This document shows, piece after piece, positions 16,389 through 26,494 of a DNA stretch of 46,879 nt (within the stretch, counting starts at the first letter, position 1; the number at the start of each line of letters is the position of its first letter). The notes under the pieces were generated by a model, which searched no databases, was not told where the DNA came from, and worked only from the letters and a program-made list of their open reading frames with translations. The stretch is from Candidatus Eiseniibacteriota bacterium (lineage in GTDB: Bacteria > Eisenbacteria > RBG-16-71-46). Where the stretch lies: positions 1 through 46,879 of the forward strand of contig JANLWX010000146.1 in the NCBI GenBank assembly GCA_031364845.1, written 5' to 3'. The translations under genes and the position numbers were made by a program.

Positions 16389-18095
16389 TCACCGGGTGTC
16401 GGAACCCGGCGCGAGGCGCGCGAGATGCTGGTGCACGGACCCGACCGCGACCGAACCCTCGCCCACCGCTTCGGCCACGCGCTTGATGGAACCGTGGCGC
16501 ACGTCGCCGACCGCGAACACGCCGGGCATGCTGGTCTCGAACGGCAGCGGCGGCCGGTCGGTCGCGAGAGCGTCGGATGGAAGGTCGTGGCCCGTGAGCA
16601 CGAAGCCATGCAGATCGCGTCGGATTGATGCATCGAGCCACTCCGTGCGCGCCTCGGCTCCGATCATCACGAACACCGCGGATGATGGGACGGTTTCGCG
16701 GCCGCTCACCGTATTGTCGAGCTCGATGTGCGTGAGACGCTCCGAGCCGATTCCCTCGAGGATGCGCGTGCGCACGCGAACCTCGATGTTCGGTGTCGCC
16801 CGAATCTGGCGCACGAGATACTCGGACATGCCGGCTTCGAGCGTTGCTCCGCGCACGATCACGAGGACATGGCTCGCGAACTGCGCGAGGTGGAGGGCTG
16901 CCTGGCCCGCCGAGTTGGCGCCGCCCACGACGCACACACGTTCGCCGGCGAGTGCCGCGGCTTCGGTCGCGGCGGCGCCGTAGAACACTCCGGTTCCGGT
17001 CCATCGTTCGAGCGAGGGAACGCCCAGTCGCCGGTACTCGACTCCGGATGCGAGGATCACGGCCCGCGCCGACACCTCCGCGTCTCGCGACAGGGTGACC
17101 GCGATCAAACCGTTCCTCGAGGAAATGCCGGTAGCCCGTTGTGTAAAGACGAATTCGGCGCCGAACAGCAATGCCTGCTCCCACGCGCGAAACACCAGGT
17201 CGCCCCCGCTGACACCGCGCGGGAATCCCAGGTAGTTGCGGATCATCGAGCTGGTTCCCGCCTGGCCCCCGATCGCGCGATCGGCCACCACCATCGTGCG
17301 AAGGCCTTCGGATGCGCCGTAGAGTGCGGCGGCCAATCCCGCCGGTCCCGCTCCCACGATGACCAAGTCGTGGACCTGCGACGAGGGCTGCGTTTGCACG
17401 CCGAGCGCCCGCGCGATGTCGAGGTCGTTGGGCTGATGGACGACCGTGCCGTCGTGAAGGATCACGGCGGGCAATCGCCCGACATCGATCTGGTGCGCCG
17501 CGATCAATTCACGCCCGCGATCGGAGTCGGGCGGATGGAAGCCGAACGGAATCGTGTTCCGCGACATCGTCTCGCGCAGCTCGTGGCTGTGCGGCGACCA
17601 TTGCTCACCGACGATGCGCATCACCTCGTGATGGAGGCCGTGGAGCCGGGCCCACGTGCTGAGGCCCTCCTGAACCCGAAGGTAGAGCCACTCCTCGGGC
17701 GTGAAGCCTCCCTTCACCACCCACAGATCGATCCGGTTGAGTGAAGTCGCGCGTCGCAGGGACGCGAGTGAATCGAACGGAATGCGGGTTCCATGGCGGT
17801 CCATCGCGACGAGCAACACGCGGCACGCGTTCGGATGAAGAGTCTGGGCGCGCTCGAGAAATCCCAGTCCGCCCTCGGCGCGCGTCAGCGCAAGGTCGGC
17901 CGCCACCATGGCAACACGCGCACCGTCGTTCGCCAGTTCTCCGAGAACTGCCAGCCCTTCGGCTTCGCTGCCCGCCGCGCGAATCTGATAGTCGGCTCCG
18001 AATCGCCGCACCAGGGCGGCGGCAATGCGCCCGCGTGCTTCAGAATCCTGGTCGACGAGGAACAGAACGGGCAGCGCGCCGATCCCTGGGGTCAT
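16389..18095 (-). CDS. Second receiver-like/glutaredoxin-like/TrxB-like FAD-dependent oxidoreductase fusion
   Basis: LFLVDQD, GEQWSPHS, GAGPAGLAAALYGASEG, IRNYLGFP, GGANSAGQ, TSMPGVFAVGD; ATG at 18095. Confidence 0.88.
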   Translation of the reverse strand: MTPGIGALPVLFLVDQDSEARGRIAAALVRRFGADYQIRAAGSEAEGLAVLGELANDGARVAMVAADLALTRAEGGLGFLERAQTLHPNACRVLLVAMDRHGTRIPFDSLASLRRATSLNRIDLWVVKGGFTPEEWLYLRVQEGLSTWARLHGLHHEVMRIVGEQWSPHSHELRETMSRNTIPFGFHPPDSDRGRELIAAHQIDVGRLPAVILHDGTVVHQPNDLDIARALGVQTQPSSQVHDLVIVGAGPAGLAAALYGASEGLRTMVVADRAIGGQAGTSSMIRNYLGFPRGVSGGDLVFRAWEQALLFGAEFVFTQRATGISSRNGLIAVTLSRDAEVSARAVILASGVEYRRLGVPSLERWTGTGVFYGAAATEAAALAGERVCVVGGANSAGQAALHLAQFASHVLVIVRGATLEAGMSEYLVRQIRATPNIEVRVRTRILEGIGSERLTHIELDNTVSGRETVPSSAVFVMIGAEARTEWLDASIRRDLHGFVLTGHDLPSDALATDRPPLPFETSMPGVFAVGDVRHGSIKRVAEAVGEGSVAVGSVHQHLARLAPGSDTR

Positions 18096-18102
18096 CGACG
18101 CA

Positions 18103-18930
18103 TCACCGGCGGCTTCGCAATGAGTCGCACCATGCGAGCACGGCTTCGGGGAGCGGGCCATGATCCGAACCTGCAACCACGCGCACCGGTCGTGGCTGGA
18201 AACCGTGCCCGGCCGCATCCCGCAGCGCCACCGCCGTCTGTTGCTCGACGTGCTCGAGCGCAACGATCGCATCGCCCGTCGGGGCGCCGCAGCGAAATAC
18301 CTGGATCGGCAATCGCGATCTCTCCGGAGCGCGGGAAAACGACGTCGAGTCCATGCCTCTGCGCTGATAGTTGGGCGTGACGGGCGCCACACCGCGCCAC
18401 CGCTCGGGATGTCGCAGTGCCAGGGCCCAGACCGTGTGCCCCCCGGCCTCCCAGCCCGTCAGGAACGCCTGCGGCTCTCCCTGCCATTGCTTGCGGACGT
18501 CAGAGAGAACCGCCGCGAGCCCCGCATCCTCGAACGCAAAGTCATCGCCGCCTTGAAGGCCCTCCCACTCCGCGGCAGTGTAGGAATAGCGGTCGGGAGT
18601 CCGGGTTCGCGCGCCGCCGCAGCTCAAGACCTCGGGAGCCACCAGGATGTACGGCCGTTGACCCCGTGCGCGTACGAAGCGCGCCAGATTGGGTTTGAAA
18701 TCGCGGGCAGCATCGGGGATCACGACGAGCACCGGCCACGTTCTGCCGGCCGTCCACCCCGCAGGCAGTGCGAGGTGATAGCGCATCGGATGTGTGGACG
18801 CGCGATGGACGGACATCGATGCCGAGGCTCGCGTCGAGGGCAAGGCGGATTTTCCGGCCGCCAGGGCGGGTGCTGATGTGCCAATCGATCCGCCCAGCAG
18901 CAGCAGGAATATGGGGACGTACGGGCGCAT
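18103..18930 (-). CDS. Secreted alpha/beta-hydrolase-fold protein (esterase/peptidase-like) with atypical GWEAGG elbow
   Basis: Signal peptide MRPYVPIFLLLLGGSIGTSAPALA; YHLALP...WPVLVVI, FLTGWEAGGH, HPERW, C-terminal DHG. Only the last 275 aa of the 767-aa ORF are credible. Confidence 0.7.
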   Translation of the reverse strand: MRPYVPIFLLLLGGSIGTSAPALAAGKSALPSTRASASMSVHRASTHPMRYHLALPAGWTAGRTWPVLVVIPDAARDFKPNLARFVRARGQRPYILVAPEVLSCGGARTRTPDRYSYTAAEWEGLQGGDDFAFEDAGLAAVLSDVRKQWQGEPQAFLTGWEAGGHTVWALALRHPERWRGVAPVTPNYQRRGMDSTSFSRAPERSRLPIQVFRCGAPTGDAIVALEHVEQQTAVALRDAAGHGFQPRPVRVVAGSDHGPLPEAVLAWCDSLRSRR

Positions 18931-19044
18931 GCGGATAACGTAGCGCATCTCCGTGCAACAATCCTCCCATCCCGCACGTTCTGGTGTTTGGTGTAGCCTG
19001 CTCGCCATCCACCTACCGTCACCTGATCCTATGGAGGCCCCAGC

Positions 19045-20265
19045 ATGAGGGCATGTGTCTCGGTCGTCACGCTGGCTCTCGGCTTCGCCCTCGCCGGTCC
19101 GGTTGCCGCTTCGGATGTCGGCTACATCTACGGGCGCATCACGACCGTCGACGGCGGCGAGTACGAAGGGCAACTCCGTTGGGGCAAGGAAGAGGCGTTC
19201 TGGGACGACATCTTCAACGCCACGAAGGCCGTCAACGAGAACCTCGAATACGTGGACGACAAGGTGCTCGCCCGCATGCGCGCGCGCAGACCGTGGCGCA
19301 GCCTGGATACGTTCTTCGGCGACCGGAATCGCGATGAACAGTTCACCCATCTCTTTGCCGCCCGCTTCGGCGATCTCGCGGGGATCCGTGTGCGCGGCGG
19401 CGACAACCTGACCGTCGAATTCAAAAACGGCAGGACGCTCGAGCTCGACGGCGGCTCGAACGATGTCGGGGCCGACGTGACGGTGGTGGAGCCGAATCGT
19501 GGGCGGGTGATCATCGAATGGAAGCAGATCCGTAGCGTCGACTTCCGCCAGACTCCGGCCCGGCTCGCAAAGAAACTGGGAGAGCCTCTCTACGGCACGG
19601 TGAAGTGCGGGAAGCTCGAGTTCACCGGGCACATCCAGTGGGACAACGACGAGTGCCTGAGCGTCGACGAGCTCAATGGAGAAACCGATGACGGCAAGGT
19701 CGCTCTCCAGTTCGGCGACATCGTTTCGATCCGCAAGCATCTCGGGGGCGCGATGGTGACGACCAAGTCCGGTTCCGAGCAGTACCTGCGCGGAACGAAC
19801 GACGTGAATCGCGAGAACCGCGGCATTCTGGTGAAGATCGAGCGGATCGGCAGCGTAAAGATCGGCTGGGCGGACTTCGAAGAGGTGACGTTCACCGCGG
19901 CACCCAACTCGGGACGTGGATACGACGAGTATGGACCGGGCCGCCCGCTGACGGGCGCAGTCGCGACCGGCGATGGCCGCTTCTCCGGACGCATCGTCTA
20001 CGACCTCGACGAGTCGTGGGACTTCGAACTGCTTCAGGGCAAGAACGGCAGCACCGAGTACCTGATCCCGTTCCGCGACATCGCGCGAATCAAGCCGCGC
20101 GGACTGCGCCGTTCGGATGTCGAACTGCGCAATGGAATCACGATCGAGCTCGAAGACGGCCAGGACGTTTCGCGCAGCAACGAAGGACTGCTCGTATTCA
20201 GCGAGAAACGCGCTCCCCGCCATATCGAGTGGCGCATCGTGGACGAAGTGGTGTTCCGTCCTTAG
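19045..20265 (+). CDS. Hypothetical secreted protein with three internal repeats
   Basis: GGAGG RBS and signal peptide; three units of G..W/Y..EE/DE...F.D...I...(N/Q)DV...I.W...V.F. Confidence 0.8.
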   Translation: MRACVSVVTLALGFALAGPVAASDVGYIYGRITTVDGGEYEGQLRWGKEEAFWDDIFNATKAVNENLEYVDDKVLARMRARRPWRSLDTFFGDRNRDEQFTHLFAARFGDLAGIRVRGGDNLTVEFKNGRTLELDGGSNDVGADVTVVEPNRGRVIIEWKQIRSVDFRQTPARLAKKLGEPLYGTVKCGKLEFTGHIQWDNDECLSVDELNGETDDGKVALQFGDIVSIRKHLGGAMVTTKSGSEQYLRGTNDVNRENRGILVKIERIGSVKIGWADFEEVTFTAAPNSGRGYDEYGPGRPLTGAVATGDGRFSGRIVYDLDESWDFELLQGKNGSTEYLIPFRDIARIKPRGLRRSDVELRNGITIELEDGQDVSRSNEGLLVFSEKRAPRHIEWRIVDEVVFRP

Positions 20266-20275
20266 CCTGGAACAT

Positions 20276-21307
<1,032 letters not shown>

Positions 21308-21317
21308 TCATGCATGA

Positions 21318-21806
21318 TCATGTGCCCTCATCGTCGTTGAGATCCAGCGTCATCTCGATCATCGTCGGTCTGAAGCCAATCGATGAAAACAGATGCTGCG
21401 CACGTTCATTGCGCTGTTTGGTCATGAGCACCACTTGCGTGCGTCCCTTCGATCGGATCCATGCGATGGCCGCGTTCATGAGTTCACGGCCGGCACCGAG
21501 GCGCCGCCCGGAGGCGTCGACGTAGACATCGTGCACGATCCCGCACGGACCGCGCAGTTCCATCCAGTTGGTCGACTCGACCGCGGCGAAGACGTATCCG
21601 ATCACCACACCCGAATCCTCGGCGACGATCACGAGACTGTTCGGGTTTGTGATCTGGGACACGAGGAACTGGCCGTAGCCGGTCTCGGGATGCTCGACCT
21701 GGATGAATCGCCTCGGGTCCGCTTCATGATGCTGGCGCATGAGCGCGCCACCGAAGCGACCGAGGAGTTCCTGGTCCGACGCGGTCGCGGTGCGGATCGT
21801 GATCAT
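21318..21806 (-). CDS. GNAT family N-acetyltransferase
   Basis: VHDVYVDASGRRLGAGRELM (AcCoA motif A) and N..AQHLF...GF. Confidence 0.88.
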   Translation of the reverse strand: MITIRTATASDQELLGRFGGALMRQHHEADPRRFIQVEHPETGYGQFLVSQITNPNSLVIVAEDSGVVIGYVFAAVESTNWMELRGPCGIVHDVYVDASGRRLGAGRELMNAAIAWIRSKGRTQVVLMTKQRNERAQHLFSSIGFRPTMIEMTLDLNDDEGT

Positions 21807-21881
21807 GTCGCGAAGATAGCGCACGATTGCGCACCGCACACGCGAACCACTCGTGCGGCACGAATCGGGCGAAGCGTCACC

Positions 21882-22169
21882 TCACGCTTCGATCTCCGTG
21901 CGCAGTCGATACCGCGTCCCGTCGGCTTCGCGGTCCATGTGGCCCCAGTTGAACAGCAGGCGGCGCAGCAGCGCCCAGTCTTCGAAGGTGTGCCAGCGGC
22001 ACAGGATCTCGTTCACGGTCTTCTCGTCGTACTCCATGCCGTTCTCGAATCGCGCCGCGAGGTAGCCGATGGCCTGCCGCTGGATCTTCTGGCGGGCGGG
22101 CCACTGAGTCAGGCGCCCCTCGTCATCGAGGAAGGGCCGCAGGTCCGGGGGTGATGTCGTGGATTCCAT
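21882..22169 (-). CDS. DUF2087-like small protein
   Basis: GRLTQWPAR, Y.EK.VN..L, D.ALLRR.L; GGAGGA RBS before ATG 22169. Confidence 0.8.
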   Translation of the reverse strand: MESTTSPPDLRPFLDDEGRLTQWPARQKIQRQAIGYLAARFENGMEYDEKTVNEILCRWHTFEDWALLRRLLFNWGHMDREADGTRYRLRTEIEA

Positions 22170-22186
22170 GAGCTTCCTCCATTCCC

Positions 22187-22912
22187 TCAAGTGATGGGTC
22201 CGCCCCGCCACGTGGGCATGGGCGCGCGTCCGAGCGCCACTTCGACCGCTGCATGTGCCAGGAGCCGGGTGGAATCGAGCGTCGGCAACGGCGAAACGTC
22301 CGGAGGGACGAGCAAGGGAATCTCGGTGCAACTCAACGCCACGGCGTCGCAGTGTTCGCGCTTCAGATCTTCGATGATGCTCACATACGCCGCCTGCGAT
22401 TCCGCGCGGATCACACCCTGGCACAGCTCGCCGAAGATGATGTTATCGATGATGCCACGCTCCCCGGCCTCCGGAACGCTCAGGTCGATGCCGGCGCGCG
22501 CGAATGCCGCGGGATAAACCGGACCTTCCATGGTCCATCGCGTGCCGAGCAGGCCGACGCGACGCCGGCCCTCGCTGCGGGCGCGCTCGGCGACGATCGT
22601 GGCGATGTGAAGGCCCGCAAGCGCCAGCGGCGGCCCAGAGGTTTCGAGTGCGATGTGCGCCGTGTTGTCGGGGCACACGAAGAAGCTGCATCCCGCGTTG
22701 ACGAGCCTTTCTGCGCTGCCGGCCAGATGCGCGCGGACCGATACCAGGTCATGGCGCCGGTAAGCCTCGATCACGGGTCCCATCGGCAGGATCGTGAGCG
22801 TGATCTCGGGATGCTCATGCGGGCCCAGCAATCGCGCGCTGTGGCGCACGATCTCGAGATAGCACAGCGCCGAACCGTCCGCGCTGTGTGCGAGGATTCC
22901 GATGTGGAGCAT
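22187..22912 (-). CDS. Aspartate/glutamate (amino-acid) racemase family protein
   Basis: VCPDNTAH, VGLLGTRWTM, IIFGELC, SCTEIPLL, DSTRLLA. Confidence 0.88.
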   Translation of the reverse strand: MLHIGILAHSADGSALCYLEIVRHSARLLGPHEHPEITLTILPMGPVIEAYRRHDLVSVRAHLAGSAERLVNAGCSFFVCPDNTAHIALETSGPPLALAGLHIATIVAERARSEGRRRVGLLGTRWTMEGPVYPAAFARAGIDLSVPEAGERGIIDNIIFGELCQGVIRAESQAAYVSIIEDLKREHCDAVALSCTEIPLLVPPDVSPLPTLDSTRLLAHAAVEVALGRAPMPTWRGGPIT

Positions 22913-23019
22913 GCGGCTATATAAGGACAGTCGCGAAGCGGCGGTCAACCATTCTCGGGTGGCGGCTCACAAATAGTCCGGGCTAGGATGCCGACGGGCC
23001 AGTCCTTGGAGGATGCATC

Positions 23020-23562
23020 ATGCTGTTTGTGAACATCGCATTGTTCGTGCACATGCTCGGTGTCGTCACGTTGTTCACCGCGCTCGCCATCGTACAGCGT
23101 TCCGGTGCGCGTGCGCGCCGCGCGTCGACCGTCGAAGACGCTCGCACGTGGTTCACCTTCGCCGGCACGACGCGACCCATGTTCATGTCCTCGTTCTTCA
23201 TGATCCTCCTCAGCGGCCTCTACATGACCTACAAGCTGTACTCGCTCCGCACGCCATGGATCATGGTCGCGATGACGATCGTGTTGTTGCTGCCTCTCAT
23301 CGGCGGGCTCGGCGTTGGACGCGCTCTGAGTGGTGTCGAGCGGGATCTGCAGTCCGGCTCGGGTCCGCTCACCTCCGAGCAGAAGGATCGCATCTGCCGG
23401 CCCGGTCCATGGGTCACTTCGGGCGCCCTGAACGGAGTGGCGATCGGACTCCTGTGGATCATGGTGAGCAAGCCGGGCCCGGTGCACACGCTCGTCGCGG
23501 TCGCTCTGCCGGCGTTACTCGGAGCGGTCGTCGCGTCGATCGAGGTCCGATCCGTGAAGTGA
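23020..23562 (+). CDS. Integral membrane protein (DUF2269-like)
   Basis: GGAGG RBS; five hydrophobic helices; LFVHMLG start and IMVSKP motif. Confidence 0.75.
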   Translation: MLFVNIALFVHMLGVVTLFTALAIVQRSGARARRASTVEDARTWFTFAGTTRPMFMSSFFMILLSGLYMTYKLYSLRTPWIMVAMTIVLLLPLIGGLGVGRALSGVERDLQSGSGPLTSEQKDRICRPGPWVTSGALNGVAIGLLWIMVSKPGPVHTLVAVALPALLGAVVASIEVRSVK

Positions 23563-23608
23563 ACACGATCCGCCGCCCCTGACCTCAACGCCTTCGAGGG
23601 TCCCAACC

Positions 23609-24166
23609 ATGCCAGCACTCTCTCCCGACGACATCCGGGCCGCGAGCCGGAAACTCTCGGCTACCGACTTCACCGGAACGATCCGATCGTTCTATCCGTT
23701 CTGGGACGCCCAGTACCGTCCGTATCTGCTGATGGCGGTGGATGCGCTGCCGAGCGAGCACTTCGACTACAAGCCGAGCCCTCCGATGCTCACGGCTCAC
23801 CAGATCATCGTGCACATCGCCGAGGCCGAGCGCGCGTGGATCCGGTCGATCGTCGAAGGCGAACCGGACGAGGAGTGGGTCTCTGAACTTCCGGATGCGT
23901 CGCAGGGATGGAAGACGCTCATCGAGGCGCCCGATCATGCGTCACTCCATCGTCTGCTAGAGGAGTCGCATCGTTCACTGCAGCGCTGGCTCGATCGTCC
24001 GGCCTCGGATCTGGGGCTGATCTCAAAGCGGACGTTGCCCGACGGCAGCGTGCGCACGTACACGCTGCATTGGATCCTCGATCACGTGCAGGAACACGAG
24101 ATCCATCACCGCGCGCAGTTGAACCTGTACCTGCGCATGCTCGGGATCACGCCGCCTTCGATCTGA
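23609..24166 (+). CDS. DinB/YfiT family protein
   Basis: HIAEAE...W and HVQEHEIHHRAQLNLYLRMLG metal-binding histidines. Confidence 0.9.
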   Translation: MPALSPDDIRAASRKLSATDFTGTIRSFYPFWDAQYRPYLLMAVDALPSEHFDYKPSPPMLTAHQIIVHIAEAERAWIRSIVEGEPDEEWVSELPDASQGWKTLIEAPDHASLHRLLEESHRSLQRWLDRPASDLGLISKRTLPDGSVRTYTLHWILDHVQEHEIHHRAQLNLYLRMLGITPPSI

Positions 24167-24202
24167 GCCGCTCGGCGCGCTCACCGTGGAATAGGAGCCG
24201 AC

Positions 24203-24754
24203 ATGAAGAAGATTCAGGTTCAGGGCGTTCATCACACGACGATCGTCGGCTCCACGCGGCGCAGTGCGATCGACTTCTGGGAAGGCGTGCTCGGAATGCC
24301 GTTCGTGCTCGAGCAGCCCAATCTCGGCAAGCCGGACGAGAATCATCTCTACTTCGATCCGGGTGACGGACGGCTACTCACGGTGTTCACCAACGAGGAG
24401 CGCGCGGATGCGCGCCGTCCCGCGCCGCGCGACGTCGGATGCGTGGAGCACCTCGCATTCAACGTCTCGCGCGCGACCTTCACCCAGATTCCGGCGCGGC
24501 TGCGCGAGCATGGAATCGAGTTCATCCAGCGCGACCGCGGTTTCATGGACTCGATTTACCTTCACGATCCCAACGGTCTCAAGGTCGAACTCGCGTGCTA
24601 CAAGTTCGAAACGCCGGAAGGCTATCGCGCGGTCGACATCCTGATGACCGCCCAGCGACTGCGCGTGGTGCGCGGCGATCATCACATCACCGAGGAACAC
24701 CTCGCGGATGCGATCGAAATGCTGATGGCGACGCGGGAGCGGCTGCCCCGGTAG
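24203..24754 (+). CDS. VOC (glyoxalase/bleomycin resistance) family protein
   Basis: GVHHTT, FWEGVLGM, EHLAF, SIYLHDPNGLKVEL; AGGAG RBS. Confidence 0.9.
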   Translation: MKKIQVQGVHHTTIVGSTRRSAIDFWEGVLGMPFVLEQPNLGKPDENHLYFDPGDGRLLTVFTNEERADARRPAPRDVGCVEHLAFNVSRATFTQIPARLREHGIEFIQRDRGFMDSIYLHDPNGLKVELACYKFETPEGYRAVDILMTAQRLRVVRGDHHITEEHLADAIEMLMATRERLPR

Positions 24755-24779
24755 GGCCGGGCAACCGTCGTTCGAACTT

Positions 24780-25127
24780 CTAGGCCATCTTCCCCGATTC
24801 GACCGGCAACCGCGCGCTCACCCAGCCCTTGATGCCCGCGGACATCACGCGCACATTCTCGTATCCGAGCTTCCGGGCGCGTTGCGCGGCATTGGGAGCC
24901 TTGCGACACATCGGATTCGAACAGTAAAACACGAGCATCCCGGCACGATCCTGTGGAAGATCGGCCGCATCGTATCCGGTGGGATCGAGGTTCAAAGCAC
25001 CGGGCACCCGAGCCGCGAGCCAGCTCTCGGGAGAGTTGACGTCGATCACCACTGCGCCGCCCTCGCGCGTCAGCCGCTGGACTTCGTCCGGCGCGATCGT
25101 GCGCAATCCCATCAGCTGCGCGATCAA
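24780..25127 (-). CDS. Rhodanese-like domain protein
   Basis: VIDVN...RVPGA, VFYCSNPMC, GIKGW; TTG 25127 overlaps the upstream TGA (TTGA). Confidence 0.85.
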   Translation of the reverse strand: MIAQLMGLRTIAPDEVQRLTREGGAVVIDVNSPESWLAARVPGALNLDPTGYDAADLPQDRAGMLVFYCSNPMCRKAPNAAQRARKLGYENVRVMSAGIKGWVSARLPVESGKMA

Positions 25128-25588
25128 CGCGGCCCACCCTGCCGCAGCGCGCGCCTCAGGATCTGCTCGGAGCCCCACCACATCGCGGTCATGAGGGAGA
25201 TCAGCAGCAGGCCCGTCCCGACCGAGGCGTCGCTCGAGGACACGATGAGCGACACGCCGACCTGCAGGCTCGCCCAGATGATGGCGTGAGCCATCAGCGG
25301 ACCGCGGTATCCGGCCTGCCAGTCCCGGCGTTCGTAGCGCATGGCGGCAGCGCATGCGGACTTGAACACGGAGCGGCCCTTCGCGTGTTCCCCGGCAAGC
25401 TGCGCCGACTCCCCCATCTTCGCCACGGCGGCGGCGAAAGCCTGTTCATCCGACAGGCCCTGGCTGCGGGCGCGATCGACTTCGCAGTAGAGATGGTCTC
25501 TGAGTTCCGCGGAACGCGTGGATCCCACACAGGAATCCGCGTGCACCGAATTACTCCAGGCAGTGACTTCGCGGTCTAGGTCGAACAC
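25124..25588 (-). CDS. Permease-prefix-domain-1-like membrane protein (PadR partner)
   Basis: ELRDHL...GLSDEQAF..AVAKMG motif followed by two TM helices; GTG with GGGGGAG RBS overlapping the padR end. Confidence 0.75.
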   Translation of the reverse strand: MFDLDREVTAWSNSVHADSCVGSTRSAELRDHLYCEVDRARSQGLSDEQAFAAAVAKMGESAQLAGEHAKGRSVFKSACAAAMRYERRDWQAGYRGPLMAHAIIWASLQVGVSLIVSSSDASVGTGLLLISLMTAMWWGSEQILRRALRQGGPR

Positions 25589-25917
25589 AAGTCTCCCCCT
25601 TCGAGGCGCTGCAGCATGCCGTGCATCTTGTCCCAGTGGATTCGCAGAGCCACCAGTTCCTCGGCGCCCGCGCGATGAAGCCGGTAGTACTTCCGCTTGC
25701 GACCGCTCTCGGCGGCGCCCCAGTAGGAGCGCACGAGCTTGCGCTTCTCGAGGCGGTGGAGGATCGGATAGAGCATGCCGTCGGCCCATTCCATCTCACC
25801 CCCCGACAGCACACGCACTTCCTGAATGATGGCGTAGCCGTAGCTGTCGCCGCGCTGCAGGATCGACAGGATCAGCGGGATCGCCGAAGCGGCGACGAGA
25901 TCTTTCGAAGGAGGCAT
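25576..25917 (-). CDS. PadR family transcriptional regulator
   Basis: SYGYAIIQ, GMLYPILHRLE, RKRKYYRL. Confidence 0.92.
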   Translation of the reverse strand: MPPSKDLVAASAIPLILSILQRGDSYGYAIIQEVRVLSGGEMEWADGMLYPILHRLEKRKLVRSYWGAAESGRKRKYYRLHRAGAEELVALRIHWDKMHGMLQRLEGGDLCST

Positions 25918-25941
25918 CGTGGGTCCCCGAAGTTCTGTGTG

Positions 25942-25991
25942 CGTAGATCTGCTAGGTATGCGGATTATACATAGGACTGCTAGGGGTGCAA
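25942..25991 (-). promoter_or_regulatory. Sigma70-type promoter for padR with two putative PadR operator boxes
   Basis: Minus strand TTGCAC (25991-25986)-16 nt-TATAAT (25969-25964); boxes CCTAGCAGTCCTATG (25984-25970) and CCTAGCAGATCTACG (25956-25942). Confidence 0.6.
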
Positions 25992-26072
25992 TGGCTTTTT
26001 CATGAAACGATGCTGGGTGGGCGGGGTACCATGCGGGCGTCGACCCTTCGACCGGGGTCCGCAGGAGCAATC

Positions 26073-26465
26073 GTGAACTCTCTATGGAAGTTATTCGCCC
26101 GCCGTTTCGGCTGCGCCCTTGCGCTCACGCTCGTGCCCCTCCTCCTCAGTTCTGCCGGCTGCGACAGCAATCAAGGTCTGTTGCCATTCTCACTCGGTTT
26201 TGGAACCGAAGTCGTGGGCAGGTTGGTCGAAGTCGATGACGATCGCGACCTGGACGGCGGCGTCGACCTCACGCTCAAGACCGGGATGCGCTCACGTGAG
26301 ATCGTGAGGGTGCCGTCGAGTTTCCGGGGGCCTCCGGTCGAGACGATTCGCGCCATGCACCGAGTCGTGGATCTGGCGAAGATCGGCGATCGCATTCGTG
26401 CTCGTGGAACGCGCAACGACTCGGGCGTGCTCAATGCAGAAACGCTGGAGATCCTGCCGCCGTAG
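26073..26465 (+). CDS. Hypothetical lipoprotein (paralog 1)
   Basis: AGGAG RBS and GTG start; lipobox-like SSAGC; similar to the next gene. Confidence 0.75.
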   Translation: MNSLWKLFARRFGCALALTLVPLLLSSAGCDSNQGLLPFSLGFGTEVVGRLVEVDDDRDLDGGVDLTLKTGMRSREIVRVPSSFRGPPVETIRAMHRVVDLAKIGDRIRARGTRNDSGVLNAETLEILPP

Positions 26466-26494
26466 TCAAAGATCGGGCAAAACAGGAGTGCATC

